In this document: piece by piece, positions 1 through 9,642 of the stretch
Layout of the letters: each line of letters opens with the position of its first letter
How positions within the stretch are numbered: position 1 is the stretch's first letter
Assembly (NCBI GenBank): GCA_963833985.1
Contig: CAWIAD010000001.1
Span: 896,001-960,000, forward strand
Length of the DNA stretch: 64,000 bases
Origin: an uncultured Planctomycetaceae bacterium
GTDB taxonomy: Bacteria > Planctomycetota > Planctomycetia > Isosphaerales > Isosphaeraceae
Reading direction: 5' to 3'
The notes under the pieces: generated by a model
What the model saw: the letters and a program-made list of their open reading frames with translations, nothing else
Database searches by the model: none
What the model was told of the DNA's origin: nothing
Position numbers and translations under genes: made by a program

Positions 1-1125
1 CAGACGCGCCGGCTGCTGCTGGCCAAGCAACTGCTCACCGAGACGAAGCTGCCGATGATCGACGTTGCCCTTGCGAGCGGCTTCGCCAGTCTGCGACGCT
101 TCAATGCCCTCTTTCGCTCACACTACGCAATGACGCCTTCGCGGATTCGCCGTACCGCCGGCGTCTCGAGCGGCCGCGATAGCCTGGTCCTGACCCTCGC
201 CTATCGACCTCCGCTCGCGTGGGCCACCATGCTCCGGTTCCTGGCCGGCAGGGCCACGATGGGCGTCGAGGCGGTCGTCGAACACCAGTACCTGCGAACA
301 ATGCGGATCGGAGAGACGCGCGGCTGGGTGAAGGTTGAACTTTCGACGCGGCCCAACGCGCTGGCCGTGGAGATCTCAACCTCGCTCGCTGCGGTGCTGC
401 CCGCGCTCCTGCCCCGGCTGCGCTGCCTGTTCGACCTCGACGCCCGGCCCGATGTGATTGCGGCCCATCTGAGGAGTGACCCCAGGCTGGCCCGCGCTGC
501 CGAACGATTGCCGGGGCTGCGCGTACCGGGAACCGTCGACGGGTTCGAGATGGCCGTGCGGGCCATCCTCGGCCAGCGGATCTCGGTGGCCGGCGCCACC
601 ACGCTGGCCGGCCGGCTGGCAAGCCGTTTTGGAGAGCCGATGGAAACGCCGTTCCCGGTACTTCATCAGCTTGGGGCGGCGCCCGAGCGGCTGGCGGCCG
701 CGGATGTCGTGGAGATCGCCTCGCTGGGCATCGCGTCGGCACGTGCCCGGGCAATCGTGGAGCTGGCACGCGCCGTGGTGGAGCGACGGATCGAGCTGGT
801 CCCAGGCGCTGATCCTGATCTGACGATCCAGCAACTCATCATGCTGCCCGGCTGCGGCGACTGGACGGCCCAGTACATTGCCATGCGGGCGCTCCGCTGG
901 CCCGACGCCTTCCCTGCCGCCGATCTGGGGCTGCTGCGAGCCACCGGGCTCAGATCCGCACGCGCGCTGCGGCAGCTTGCCGAGGCCTGGCGGCCCTGGA
1001 GATCGTACGCGGCGTTCACCCTCTGGAATGATCCCCATCCCGAACCGGAGCCAGTTTCCCATGACGCAGACCGTCTCCTATCGCCCCTTCTCCAGCCCGC
1101 TGGGCAAGCTGCTTCTGACCTCTGA
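1..1125 (+). CDS. alkA: Ada/AraC-fused DNA-3-methyladenine glycosylase II (AlkA), 5' truncated by the window edge
   Basis: Open frame from base 1 (QTRRLLLAKQLLTETKLP); AraC HTH VALASGFASLRRFNALF; AlkA_N (LAYRPP); HhH-GPD LPGCGDWTAQYIAMRALRWPDAFPAADLGL; WRPWRSYA. Confidence 0.92.
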   Translation, partial: QTRRLLLAKQLLTETKLPMIDVALASGFASLRRFNALFRSHYAMTPSRIRRTAGVSSGRDSLVLTLAYRPPLAWATMLRFLAGRATMGVEAVVEHQYLRTMRIGETRGWVKVELSTRPNALAVEISTSLAAVLPALLPRLRCLFDLDARPDVIAAHLRSDPRLARAAERLPGLRVPGTVDGFEMAVRAILGQRISVAGATTLAGRLASRFGEPMETPFPVLHQLGAAPERLAAADVVEIASLGIASARARAIVELARAVVERRIELVPGADPDLTIQQLIMLPGCGDWTAQYIAMRALRWPDAFPAADLGLLRATGLRSARALRQLAEAWRPWRSYAAFTLWNDPHPEPEPVSHDADRLLSPLLQPAGQAASDL

Positions 1126-1621
1126 TGGAATCGCGCTCACCGGCCTGTTCCTGACGAAGCTAGCGGACGGCGCCGCACCTGAGTTCGCCGCCCACTGGAA
1201 GGCTGATGATGGACCGTTCCGGGAAGTCGTTGCACAGCTCACCGCTTATTTTGATGGCGCGCTCGAGCAATTCGACCTGCCGCTTTGCCTGGCCGGCACA
1301 CCCTTTCAGAAGCGCGTCTGGACTGAGCTCTGCAACATCCCGTTCGGAGCTGCCATCTCTTACGCCGAGCTGGCGCGGCGAATCGGCCAGCCGGGATCGA
1401 GCCGGGCGGTCGGTGGGGCCAACGGCAAGAACCCGGTCGCGATCATCGTCCCTTGCCATCGCGTCATCGGCTCCGATGGCGGCCTGGGCGGCTATGGCGG
1501 CGGGCTCGACCGCAAGCGCTGGCTGCTGGAGCACGAGGCCGAGACCCAGGTGCGGCACCCCGAATGGCGGCGATCCGCTTTCGCGGGGTCGATCCAGCCC
1601 AGGCTGCTGCCGGTTTCCTGA
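1061..1621 (+). CDS. ogt: Methylated-DNA-protein-cysteine S-methyltransferase
   Basis: ATG at 1061 (MTQTVSYRPFSSPLGKLLL); GTPFQKRVW, RAVGGANGKNP, active-site PCHRV; overlaps the alkA 3' end. Confidence 0.93.
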   Translation: MTQTVSYRPFSSPLGKLLLTSDGIALTGLFLTKLADGAAPEFAAHWKADDGPFREVVAQLTAYFDGALEQFDLPLCLAGTPFQKRVWTELCNIPFGAAISYAELARRIGQPGSSRAVGGANGKNPVAIIVPCHRVIGSDGGLGGYGGGLDRKRWLLEHEAETQVRHPEWRRSAFAGSIQPRLLPVS

Positions 1622-1685
1622 CAGCGCCACATTGCAACCGCACGATCCGGTCGGCACCATGGTACCACTTTGAAAGGAGGTTCCG

Positions 1686-2651
1686 ATGTCGATTTCATGG
1701 CATGGCCGATCGCGTGCCGTCCGGGCCGCCATTGCGCTCGCGGCTCTCATGATGCTCTGCGGATTCCGCTCGGTTGCGCTGCCTCAGGTTCCCGACCCGA
1801 CGGCAAAGGCACCGCAAACGGCCGATCCGCTCGTCGACCTGAATAATGCCTCGCGCATGTTCTACGCTCTGGCCAAGCAACAGGCACTCTCCAGGACCGG
1901 CCCGGTGTTGATCGTGACCGGCGACGACCTGGTCCTGCGCAAGGGCGAGTCGCGCGTGCAGGCCCGCGTGATTCCCGAGATCTACCACACGCTCAAGACG
2001 TTTGATCATATTGCCCTGGCACTCGACGTGGCGCTCACGGCCCACGCCGGGGAGAACCCGCTCAGCGAGGACTTTCTGAATGACCTTCGCGATTACCGGC
2101 GGATGTTCCCGGCCGCCGGCGAGCGGATCGACAGGTCCGGTCTTGATGCCGAACAGGCCGCACGGCAGAAAGCGATCCTTGCCGCCTGTGCGTCGTTTTT
2201 GGACTCGGTGGTCGACCGCCGCCAGTGCACGCCGGCCGAGCGGACCGCCTTCACCCGGAAGATGAACCCGATGCTCCTGGCCAACGCCTCGGCCGCCGCC
2301 CGTGCCGCGCTCGACATGCTGCACCACCAGGTGTGCGAGTGGAAGCAGCAGCTCACACCCCAGGAATGGAGCCAGCTCACGGTCCTGGTGATCGGCCGCC
2401 AGTTGCCGCGCAAGGAGAACCTGGCCACGCAGTACTTCGCCCGCCTGCTGAACCTTCCCGGCGAGTGTTCCCGGCTGATCTTCGCGGAGGGCCTTGGCGA
2501 AGAGGCTCGCGCTCTCGACCTCCTGGCCACGCACCGCGTGGACACCGGCGTTGGCGTGGATTTCTTCAACGATCCCGAGCGCATGAAGCGCGACCTGCTG
2601 TCCGACGCGGCGCACGATTATCTGCCGCTATTGCTGGGGCCGGCCAGGTGA
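1686..2651 (+). CDS. Secreted hypothetical protein
   Basis: Strong SD (aaaggagg), N-terminal signal-peptide-like segment, 321-aa ORF. Confidence 0.75.
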   Translation: MSISWHGRSRAVRAAIALAALMMLCGFRSVALPQVPDPTAKAPQTADPLVDLNNASRMFYALAKQQALSRTGPVLIVTGDDLVLRKGESRVQARVIPEIYHTLKTFDHIALALDVALTAHAGENPLSEDFLNDLRDYRRMFPAAGERIDRSGLDAEQAARQKAILAACASFLDSVVDRRQCTPAERTAFTRKMNPMLLANASAAARAALDMLHHQVCEWKQQLTPQEWSQLTVLVIGRQLPRKENLATQYFARLLNLPGECSRLIFAEGLGEEARALDLLATHRVDTGVGVDFFNDPERMKRDLLSDAAHDYLPLLLGPAR

Positions 2652-2735
2652 TTCTCCAGGGGTCTGAAGAAGGTTCAGGAGATCGCTCCGGACGCGTCCA
2701 GACTCACTCGGATCAACACACCGGGAATGCCTACC

Positions 2736-2783
2736 TCACGCCGAGAGCCCATCAATTATCCACCAGACGTCACCACGCTTCCC
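2736..2783 (-). pseudogene. Remnant of a PemK/MazF-family toxin N-terminus
   Basis: Frame overlapping the antitoxin stop reads GGG-AAG-CGT-GGT-GAC-GTC-TGG-TGG-ATA (xKRGDVWWI), like the MKRGDVWW start of PemK/MazF toxins; no ATG, and a stop at codon 16. Confidence 0.6.
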
Positions 2784-3000
2784 CGGCTACGTCTCCTACC
2801 CTGGCTTCGGCCCAACCGATTGTTTCGGTCTCACGCGCCTCTTGCCGGGCAAGCTCCTTGTAGGCCATCTCAAGGTCCTTGCCGATGACGTGGGGCCGCA
2901 CGAGAGATTCGATGAAACGGCTGATACGTCGCCGGCCCACGACACTGTGCAACCCATTGTACACCCTCTCGTCAATCGTGATGGTCAGCTTCTTCTGCAT
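2770..3000 (-). CDS. Type II addiction-module antitoxin (RHH-like)
   Basis: MQKKLTITIDERVYNGLHSVVGRRRISRFIESLVRPHV...AYKELA; SD aaggag upstream of ATG 3000; resembles antitoxins that precede PemK/MazF toxins. Confidence 0.7.
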   Translation of the reverse strand: MQKKLTITIDERVYNGLHSVVGRRRISRFIESLVRPHVIGKDLEMAYKELARQEARETETIGWAEARVGDVAGEAW

Positions 3001-3110
3001 GAGGAACTCCTTTGTCACGTGTGATTATACGTATTGAAAGGGCGATCCTTCACGGGAACAAGCTTGGTGAGGGCGCCGGCCGAGCGTTCGGTCCCAGATT
3101 GACAGCGCCG

Positions 3111-3130
3111 TTCATTGCATCTTCATGGCA
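3111..3130 (+). promoter_or_regulatory. Pho-box-like direct repeat with 11-bp period
   Basis: TTCATTGCA at 3111 and TTCATGGCA at 3122, upstream of a phosphoesterase gene. Confidence 0.3.
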
Positions 3131-3203
3131 ATGTGTTATGACCGTACCCTTGGACGCGGTGCCGTCATGATCGCTTGCCATTCTCCATGGCTGAGGCTTC
3201 CCC

Positions 3204-5693
3204 ATGAAACGCTCCCCATTCGTCTGGATTGCCGTGGCCCTGCTCGCGGCCATCATTCCCGGAGTCTCAAGGTACGCCGGGGTGTGGATGGGGAAGCAGC
3301 CCGATGGGAGCTTCCTGGTGTCCACCGGCCAGCGGATCGAGGGTGGAGCGATCGCGTTCGAGGGCCGGCCCATCGACCTGGCGATGCATCCCGTGCGGGA
3401 CATCGCCGCCGTGCTCAACAAGAAGAGCGTCTTGCTGGTCACGGCCGGGGGAGTGGTCAAGGGAAGCGAGGTCCCGCTGGGCAGCAGCGCGGGGTTCCGC
3501 GGCCTGGTCTGGACCCCTGACGGCAGCACGCTGGCCGCCAGCACCGAGCAGGGATCCATTCAACTCTTCCAGATCGCCGGCGAGACGCTCCGGCTCGGGC
3601 CGAAGATCACGCTCGCCTCCGGAACCAGGCCAGAGAACCCCGTGCCCGGAGGCATGGTGATCACGCGCGATGGAAAACGCCTCTTCATCGCGGCCGCCAA
3701 CCGCAACGCGGTGATTGTTGTGGATCTGGCAACGAGGCAAGCGGTGCAGGAATACCCCGTCGAGAACCTGCCGTTCGAGCCGCGGCTCTCGGAGGATGAA
3801 TCGACACTGATCGTCAGCAACTGGGGCGGCCGGCTGGCCCATCCGGGCGAGCGGACGGCCAGGAGCCAGAAGCTTGACATCCTGGTCGACGAGCACGGTG
3901 CGCCGGCGTCCGGGACCGTCAGCCTGATCGATCTGAAGAGTGGATCGACCCGACATGTCGAGGTGGGAATTCACCCCACGGCGATCGCTGTCGCCGGCCC
4001 GAAGGCCTACGTTGCCAACGCCATGAGCGACTCGGTCTCGGAGATCGACATCGCCGCCGGCAGCGTGACGCGCACCATCCCCCTGCGCTGGGGCGGGCTG
4101 CGGCTCCTGGGCGCCATGCCCAATGCCCTGGCGGTCCGGGGCAAGACGCTGTATGTGGCCGACGGTGGCGACAACGCCCTGGCCGAGGTGGACCTGATCA
4201 CCGGATTGGTACGGGGCTATCGCCACGCGGGGTACTTTCCGGTGGCCATCGCCCTGGGCCACGACGGCAAGACGGCCTTCGTGCTCAACACCAAGGGGAA
4301 CGGGTCGGTGAGCAAGACCACCCTGGGACAGCCGGGGAACGCGCACGATTTCCAGGGAAGCGTCACCGTCCTCGGGCTCGAGACCGACCTGGATCGGGAG
4401 ACGGCCCTGGTTGCCCGCAACAACCACTGGAACGCCAACCCCGGCCGGCCCAGCCTCAAGGTGTATCAGGGCGGCATCAAGCACGTGCTCTACATCATCA
4501 AGGAAAACCGAACGTACGACGAGATCTTTGGTGACCTGCCCTTCGGCAACGGCGACCCCAAGCTATGCAGCCTGGGAGAGCAGGTCATGCCGAACCACCG
4601 CAAGATCGTCCGCGAGTTCACACTTCATGACAACGGCTACGTGAGCGGCACCAACAGCGCGGATGGACACAACTGGGCGACCGCGTGCCTGGCGAACGAC
4701 TACCTCGAGCATTTCTATGTCGGCTACTCGCGCACCTATCCCGACGACGGTGACGACAGCATGGCGCTCTCGAACGCCGGCGCACTCTGGGACGCTGCTG
4801 CCGCCAGGGGCAAGAGCATCCGCGTCTACGGCGAGTACTGCAACGACGAGCGGGCACGCTTCGAGCCCATGCCGAAAGACTGGTTCGATGTCTGGGAAGA
4901 CCGCAAGCAAGGCACGCACCGGTTCAAGACGTCGGCCGAGACCGAGGTCGTCTCGCTGCGGCCTTACATCAACCGCGAATACCATTACTGGCCGCTCTTG
5001 CAGAGCGATCAACAGCGGGCGGACATCTTCATCCGCGAGTATCAAGAATTTAGCCGGCGCGACACCGTGCCGGACCTGATGATCATGAGCCTCCCCTGCG
5101 ATCATTCCGAAGGGGTTGACCCCAAATACCCGACGCCTCGCGCCATGATGGCCGACAACGACCTGGCGCTGGGACGGGTGGTCGAAGCCGTCTCACACAG
5201 CCCGCAGTGGAAGGACACCTGCATCTTCGTGATCGAGGACGACGCCCAATCGGGGCCGGACCACGTCGACGGGCACCGCACCGTCTTCATGGTCATCAGC
5301 CCTTACACGCGGCGGAAGTTCGTGGATTCGACCTTCTATGCCCAGCCAAGCATGATCCGATCGATCGAGCTCATGCTGGGCCTGGACCCCATGAACCGCT
5401 TCGACGCGCTCGCGGACCCGATCACCACCTGCTTCAACGAGGCCCCCGACCTGGGGCCCTTTCGCGCCGTGCCGAACAACATCCCGCTCGACGAACGCAA
5501 TCCCGCGGAAAGGGCGATGAACCGGGACGACCGCTTCTGGCTGGAGAAAACGCGCGCGCTGGATTGGAGCCACATCGACGGCCCGGACCCGTACTGGTTG
5601 AACCGCATCATCTGGTACTCGGTGCACAAGGGGGCGAGGCCCTATCCCGGCCGTCCCGGCGAGGAACCAGGACAGGCCGTGGATCTGGACTGA
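3204..5693 (+). CDS. Secreted YVTN beta-propeller + alkaline-phosphatase-like phosphoesterase
   Basis: Signal peptide; propeller repeats (YVANAMSDSVSEID, LYVADGGDNALA); IKHVLYIIKENRTYD, SADGHNW, ADNDLALGRVVEAVSHS, IEDDAQSGPDHVDGHR. Confidence 0.88.
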   Translation: MKRSPFVWIAVALLAAIIPGVSRYAGVWMGKQPDGSFLVSTGQRIEGGAIAFEGRPIDLAMHPVRDIAAVLNKKSVLLVTAGGVVKGSEVPLGSSAGFRGLVWTPDGSTLAASTEQGSIQLFQIAGETLRLGPKITLASGTRPENPVPGGMVITRDGKRLFIAAANRNAVIVVDLATRQAVQEYPVENLPFEPRLSEDESTLIVSNWGGRLAHPGERTARSQKLDILVDEHGAPASGTVSLIDLKSGSTRHVEVGIHPTAIAVAGPKAYVANAMSDSVSEIDIAAGSVTRTIPLRWGGLRLLGAMPNALAVRGKTLYVADGGDNALAEVDLITGLVRGYRHAGYFPVAIALGHDGKTAFVLNTKGNGSVSKTTLGQPGNAHDFQGSVTVLGLETDLDRETALVARNNHWNANPGRPSLKVYQGGIKHVLYIIKENRTYDEIFGDLPFGNGDPKLCSLGEQVMPNHRKIVREFTLHDNGYVSGTNSADGHNWATACLANDYLEHFYVGYSRTYPDDGDDSMALSNAGALWDAAAARGKSIRVYGEYCNDERARFEPMPKDWFDVWEDRKQGTHRFKTSAETEVVSLRPYINREYHYWPLLQSDQQRADIFIREYQEFSRRDTVPDLMIMSLPCDHSEGVDPKYPTPRAMMADNDLALGRVVEAVSHSPQWKDTCIFVIEDDAQSGPDHVDGHRTVFMVISPYTRRKFVDSTFYAQPSMIRSIELMLGLDPMNRFDALADPITTCFNEAPDLGPFRAVPNNIPLDERNPAERAMNRDDRFWLEKTRALDWSHIDGPDPYWLNRIIWYSVHKGARPYPGRPGEEPGQAVDLD

Positions 5694-5768
5694 CGACGCG
5701 CCATGGTACCCGCGCGTCTCCGCCCTCCCTCGCCGGAGCGGCAGAAGCGGGCGTGAGGCGACCGCGGC

Positions 5769-6785
5769 TCACGTCCAGTTGTAAACCCACGTGTACACGT
5801 CATAGGTGGCCGCGGGCGGTCTGTGGAAGACGCGCCCGTCCTGCTCCTCGCCGCAGCGGAGAGTGAGCCGCATGTGCCCCGGGAAGAAGACGGGGTCCCG
5901 GTCGTGGAACCGGTAGGCCGCGAAACGGTTCCTGGCCACGTCGATGTGGGTCAGGCCCGAGAGTTCTGACTGGAACAACTTGCGGTGATGGAAGTAGCCC
6001 GAACTGATGAAGTAATCCTCCAGCCCGGAGGAGAGGAAGACCGGACTCGTGGCACCATCCAGGTAGGCCCGGACACAACCCTCCTGATAGCTCTGGTCCT
6101 CCCAGGTTCCTGTCGGCTGCTCGCCTTGCACCGACATCGACACCTGGTAGAGAGCGCCTGGGCCTGTCACATCGCAGAGCGTGAACTCCTCGAGGGGCGA
6201 GGCGCGATGGCGGTCCACGTGGTGCAGACGCAGTCGGGCACTTTCCGGTAGTACCACGCCGCCCAGCGTCGCGCGCAGGCCTTGCGTACCGCGAATGATC
6301 CACCAGGCATCCTTGCGGTTGACGCTGTCGAAGACCGTGGTGGCCGGCAAGACGCACACTCGGACCTGGGAACCGAATGGGATGCGGTAGGTGTTGTACA
6401 CACCCCCTTGCCGGCCAAACTGGGGAACGCCCCAGGGCTCCGGTGGCCCGCCATGCGTGAAGCCGTGGCCCAGGTCGAGCGCCATGTCGATCGAGGGCCG
6501 CTCCTCGCCGTCGATATAGATCCGCAGCCGCGTGCGGAGGTCCATCGCGAACCACATGTGGGACAGGCAGCCAGGTGGACCAGCGTGCCGGAACAGCTCG
6601 ACTTCCTTGCCGGCTTCGAGGATCCGCCGCTCCTTACCGATGCCGCTGAAGGTCCGCAGGCACGCGGCATGCTCTGGTTGGGTGGGACGTGTGAGGGAGG
6701 GGAGTTGCGGCTCGTCGGCCTTTGCGGGGCAGGCCCGGGCCGCCAGGACGGTGCTGCCGGCGGCCAGGGCGGTTCGTCGATTCAT
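5769..6785 (-). CDS. DUF2961 / GH172-like protein with probable Tat signal
   Basis: MNRRTALAAG Tat-like leader; GPPGCLSHMWF, LRIYIDGEERPSID, YRIPFG, SSGLEDYFISSGYF, AYRFHDRDPVFF. Confidence 0.75.
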   Translation of the reverse strand: MNRRTALAAGSTVLAARACPAKADEPQLPSLTRPTQPEHAACLRTFSGIGKERRILEAGKEVELFRHAGPPGCLSHMWFAMDLRTRLRIYIDGEERPSIDMALDLGHGFTHGGPPEPWGVPQFGRQGGVYNTYRIPFGSQVRVCVLPATTVFDSVNRKDAWWIIRGTQGLRATLGGVVLPESARLRLHHVDRHRASPLEEFTLCDVTGPGALYQVSMSVQGEQPTGTWEDQSYQEGCVRAYLDGATSPVFLSSGLEDYFISSGYFHHRKLFQSELSGLTHIDVARNRFAAYRFHDRDPVFFPGHMRLTLRCGEEQDGRVFHRPPAATYDVYTWVYNWT

Positions 6786-6980
6786 CACGGGACTGGCTCC
6801 GGAACAGCGGCCGTTTCGCTTCGCGGCTGATGAGGTCGTGGCCCAGTTCAGGGCCACCGGTCAGCCGAGTGTAGCGAGTTCGCCGTGTTCCGTGCCAGCC
6901 CCGGAGCCACGCCTCGGAACGGCGGCAGAATGAAGGATTCATGCGCCGGCCTGAGGGAGAATCATGTCGCCCGACTGGTT

Positions 6981-8759
6981 TCACTTCGAGATCAGCTCCG
7001 CGGCGAGGGCCTTGAGGTTGGGCACACCCAGGCCGGTCACCAGGTCGTAGCCAATTCCGGCGCTGAAGGCACCGTTGCTGCCGGTGGTGATGTCGCGGAC
7101 CGCTCCTCCGCTCATGACCGGATACAGCAGCGGATTCAGGAAAGGTAAGGGCGATTTGCCCGCCTTGCCGCGGGCCTCGTTCATGAGGGCGCAGAAGCCG
7201 GCCCAGGTGGGAGCGCTCCAGCTCGTGCCGCCGATCTGCTGGGTCTTGCCCTGGAAGATGATGAGCGCTCCGGTGCTGGGGTCGGCTACCGAGGCGACGT
7301 CGGGAACCAGCCGCTCGGTGCCGGAGGGCACACCGGTGCCGGTCTGCCACGGCTGCCGGGTGAAGAAGATGCTCTTGCCGCCCCCGCCGTCGGTCCAGCC
7401 TGTCTCCAGGGTCACTCCGCCGGCCGGGTTGAGCGTCAGGCTGGTGCCTCCCACCGCGATGACGTACGGCGAGGTGGACTGGAATTCCGCCTGCAACGGG
7501 CCGTTCGAGTTGTGGCCCGTGTCGTCCGGGTTCGAGCCCGCGTCGCCCGTCGAGACAAAGACGTTGACGCCCGCTGCCGAGAGCGTCAGGAACTTCTGGT
7601 TCTCGGTGGAAACTTCTCCCTCAGGGCTGCCCAGATAGGTCTCGCCCAGGCCCAGGCTGATCGAAAGCTGGCGCATCCCCGGCTCATTGCCCAGGTCGGC
7701 GATGATCTGGTCGAGTGCCAGGTCCAGGTCAACGAAGTTCAGTGAGCCGCTGGCGTAGATCCGCACCGTGGCATCCGGCGCGATTCCGCTGGTCCACTGG
7801 GCGTCGAGCGTCTCTTCTCCTTCCATGGCCGGCAGTGTCCCGCCCCGGACGTTGATCTTCTGGATGCGGTTCAGCGACTGGGGCAAGCTGTTGGCCTTCC
7901 AGAACTTCTTGAGGTCGGCATCCGCGGGGAACGTGTCGATCAGGATCGCGATGGTCTGCCCCGCCCCCGTGAGCCCGAGCGAATCACCGTTGTACGCCCT
8001 GAGGATTTCAGAGACGAGGTAAGGAGGCGCGTTGGAAACGTTGGTGCTGGGCCCGGGAGCAGCCGCCGTGGCGAAGGAACGCGTCTTCGGGGGCACGGCG
8101 CGGCTCTCCTCGCCATCGTCGCCCAGGCTGGCGCGGTTTCCGCCGCTGGGCGTACGCATGCGGCTGTTCTTGTAGGCGTGACGGAAGGGCTGAAGACCCA
8201 CGATGGCGTGCACGCCATCGCCGACGTTCGCCGGCAAGCTCGGTGCGGTGCGGGCGGCGTTGTAACCCATTCCCTCTCGGGAGACGCGGGTCATCTGCAC
8301 GTCGAGTGCCCTGGAGATCTGTGCCACGGTGGCGCGAGCGTAAACCGCCGTGTGGTTCGGCGTCACGTGCGTGACCTCGAAGCCCTGCTCCTTGAGCCAT
8401 GCGACCAGCTTGTCGGCGTCGGCCGCCTTCGCGCCGTAGTCGCGTTCCAGTTCTTGCGGTGAGACCACCTCACCGCGCGCCACCCGGGCCTCGAGCCGTG
8501 CCTTCGCATCCGCGGGGATGGGCAGCGAGAAGAGGATTTGCATTGTGTCGTTGTCGTGCGAGACACCGGGTGCTTCGAGTTGCACCCCTCGCGAGAGCGG
8601 CAACGGCGTCACGCTGTTGGCGAAGACCTTGCGTGCGGCCGCTGGTTGGGGCGGCTGTGCCACCGCCGGAACAAGACTCTGCGCCAGCGCCACGATTCCC
8701 AGACCCGCACTTGCCAGGACATGCCACTGAATCCGACCGGGCATCCTCGGGGTGTTCAT
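6981..8759 (-). CDS. S53 sedolisin/kumamolisin-family serine peptidase with prodomain
   Basis: Signal peptide; prodomain (LVAWLKEQGFEV); catalytic EETLD, STGDAG, GGTSWSAP; GYDLVTGLGVPN. Confidence 0.92.
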   Translation of the reverse strand: MNTPRMPGRIQWHVLASAGLGIVALAQSLVPAVAQPPQPAAARKVFANSVTPLPLSRGVQLEAPGVSHDNDTMQILFSLPIPADAKARLEARVARGEVVSPQELERDYGAKAADADKLVAWLKEQGFEVTHVTPNHTAVYARATVAQISRALDVQMTRVSREGMGYNAARTAPSLPANVGDGVHAIVGLQPFRHAYKNSRMRTPSGGNRASLGDDGEESRAVPPKTRSFATAAAPGPSTNVSNAPPYLVSEILRAYNGDSLGLTGAGQTIAILIDTFPADADLKKFWKANSLPQSLNRIQKINVRGGTLPAMEGEETLDAQWTSGIAPDATVRIYASGSLNFVDLDLALDQIIADLGNEPGMRQLSISLGLGETYLGSPEGEVSTENQKFLTLSAAGVNVFVSTGDAGSNPDDTGHNSNGPLQAEFQSTSPYVIAVGGTSLTLNPAGGVTLETGWTDGGGGKSIFFTRQPWQTGTGVPSGTERLVPDVASVADPSTGALIIFQGKTQQIGGTSWSAPTWAGFCALMNEARGKAGKSPLPFLNPLLYPVMSGGAVRDITTGSNGAFSAGIGYDLVTGLGVPNLKALAAELISK

Positions 8760-9031
8760 GGTGTCGATCTCCTCGGAAGTGATTGGGCGGAATGGAAAGG
8801 GAGCGGGGCTTCTGGCGAGGTGCGCACCATGCCATCAGGCACGGGCTCGCATCGAAGCCAGAGTCTCCGCCCGACTTACTATCCACATCGCCCTCTCCGG
8901 CCCGAAGTAGACACGACTGAAAGCACATTCATGAGACAAGGCACCGGTGACCGCGCTGCACCCTCCGACCGCGCTGCGGGCGGAATGTGAGTGGGCTCGG
9001 CGAATCCGTGGAGGCGGTCCGCCCAGTCGGG

Positions 9032-9532
9032 TCATGGCCGGGTCGTTTCGCCGACCGACGTGTGGTCGTGGACGATCTTCCAGCCTGCGGGAAAGCGCCG
9101 GAAGATGAGCGTGAACAGGCCGCCGGGTGAGGAACCGTCGGGCAGGGTGAGCCGCCAGGCCCCGCGCACCAGGGCGGCATCGCGGCCGAGCGGCTCGATG
9201 TCCATCCGCGAGAAGGTCACACGGCCCATGGCCTTGCCCTCGGCCTTGTAGCGCTTGCGGTAGCGGTCGCGCATCGCCTCCCAGCCGTCGTGGCGCTCGC
9301 CGCCCGACTGGAACACGACCCGCGGCGACTTCCAGTAGCCCTCGAGGAAAGCGTCCAGATCACCCTTGTTCCAGTCGGCCTCTTGCCTGGCTATCACAGC
9401 GGTGATGGCGGCGACCGCTTGCCGGTCGGGTGTCGGCTCCTGGGCATGCAGCCGCGGCGGAAAGCCCGCGAGTCCAAAGCCGACGATCCCCCATCGGCGC
9501 CAGAACCGTCGACGCGTGGACCTCGGCTGCAT
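9032..9532 (-). CDS. NTF2-like / DUF4440 (YybH-like) protein
   Basis: WNKGDLDAFLEGY, GLFTLIFRRFPAGWKIVHDHTS; RR-containing leader. Confidence 0.85.
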   Translation of the reverse strand: MQPRSTRRRFWRRWGIVGFGLAGFPPRLHAQEPTPDRQAVAAITAVIARQEADWNKGDLDAFLEGYWKSPRVVFQSGGERHDGWEAMRDRYRKRYKAEGKAMGRVTFSRMDIEPLGRDAALVRGAWRLTLPDGSSPGGLFTLIFRRFPAGWKIVHDHTSVGETTRP

Positions 9533-9642
9533 GACGTATTCGCTCCTGGATCTGGGTCACGTCACAAGAGGACGAAATGTCGTTTGAACAGAGTTCGCAA
9601 GCCGTGCCTGGCTTGTTGAGTTTTCCGCATGGAGGATTACGT

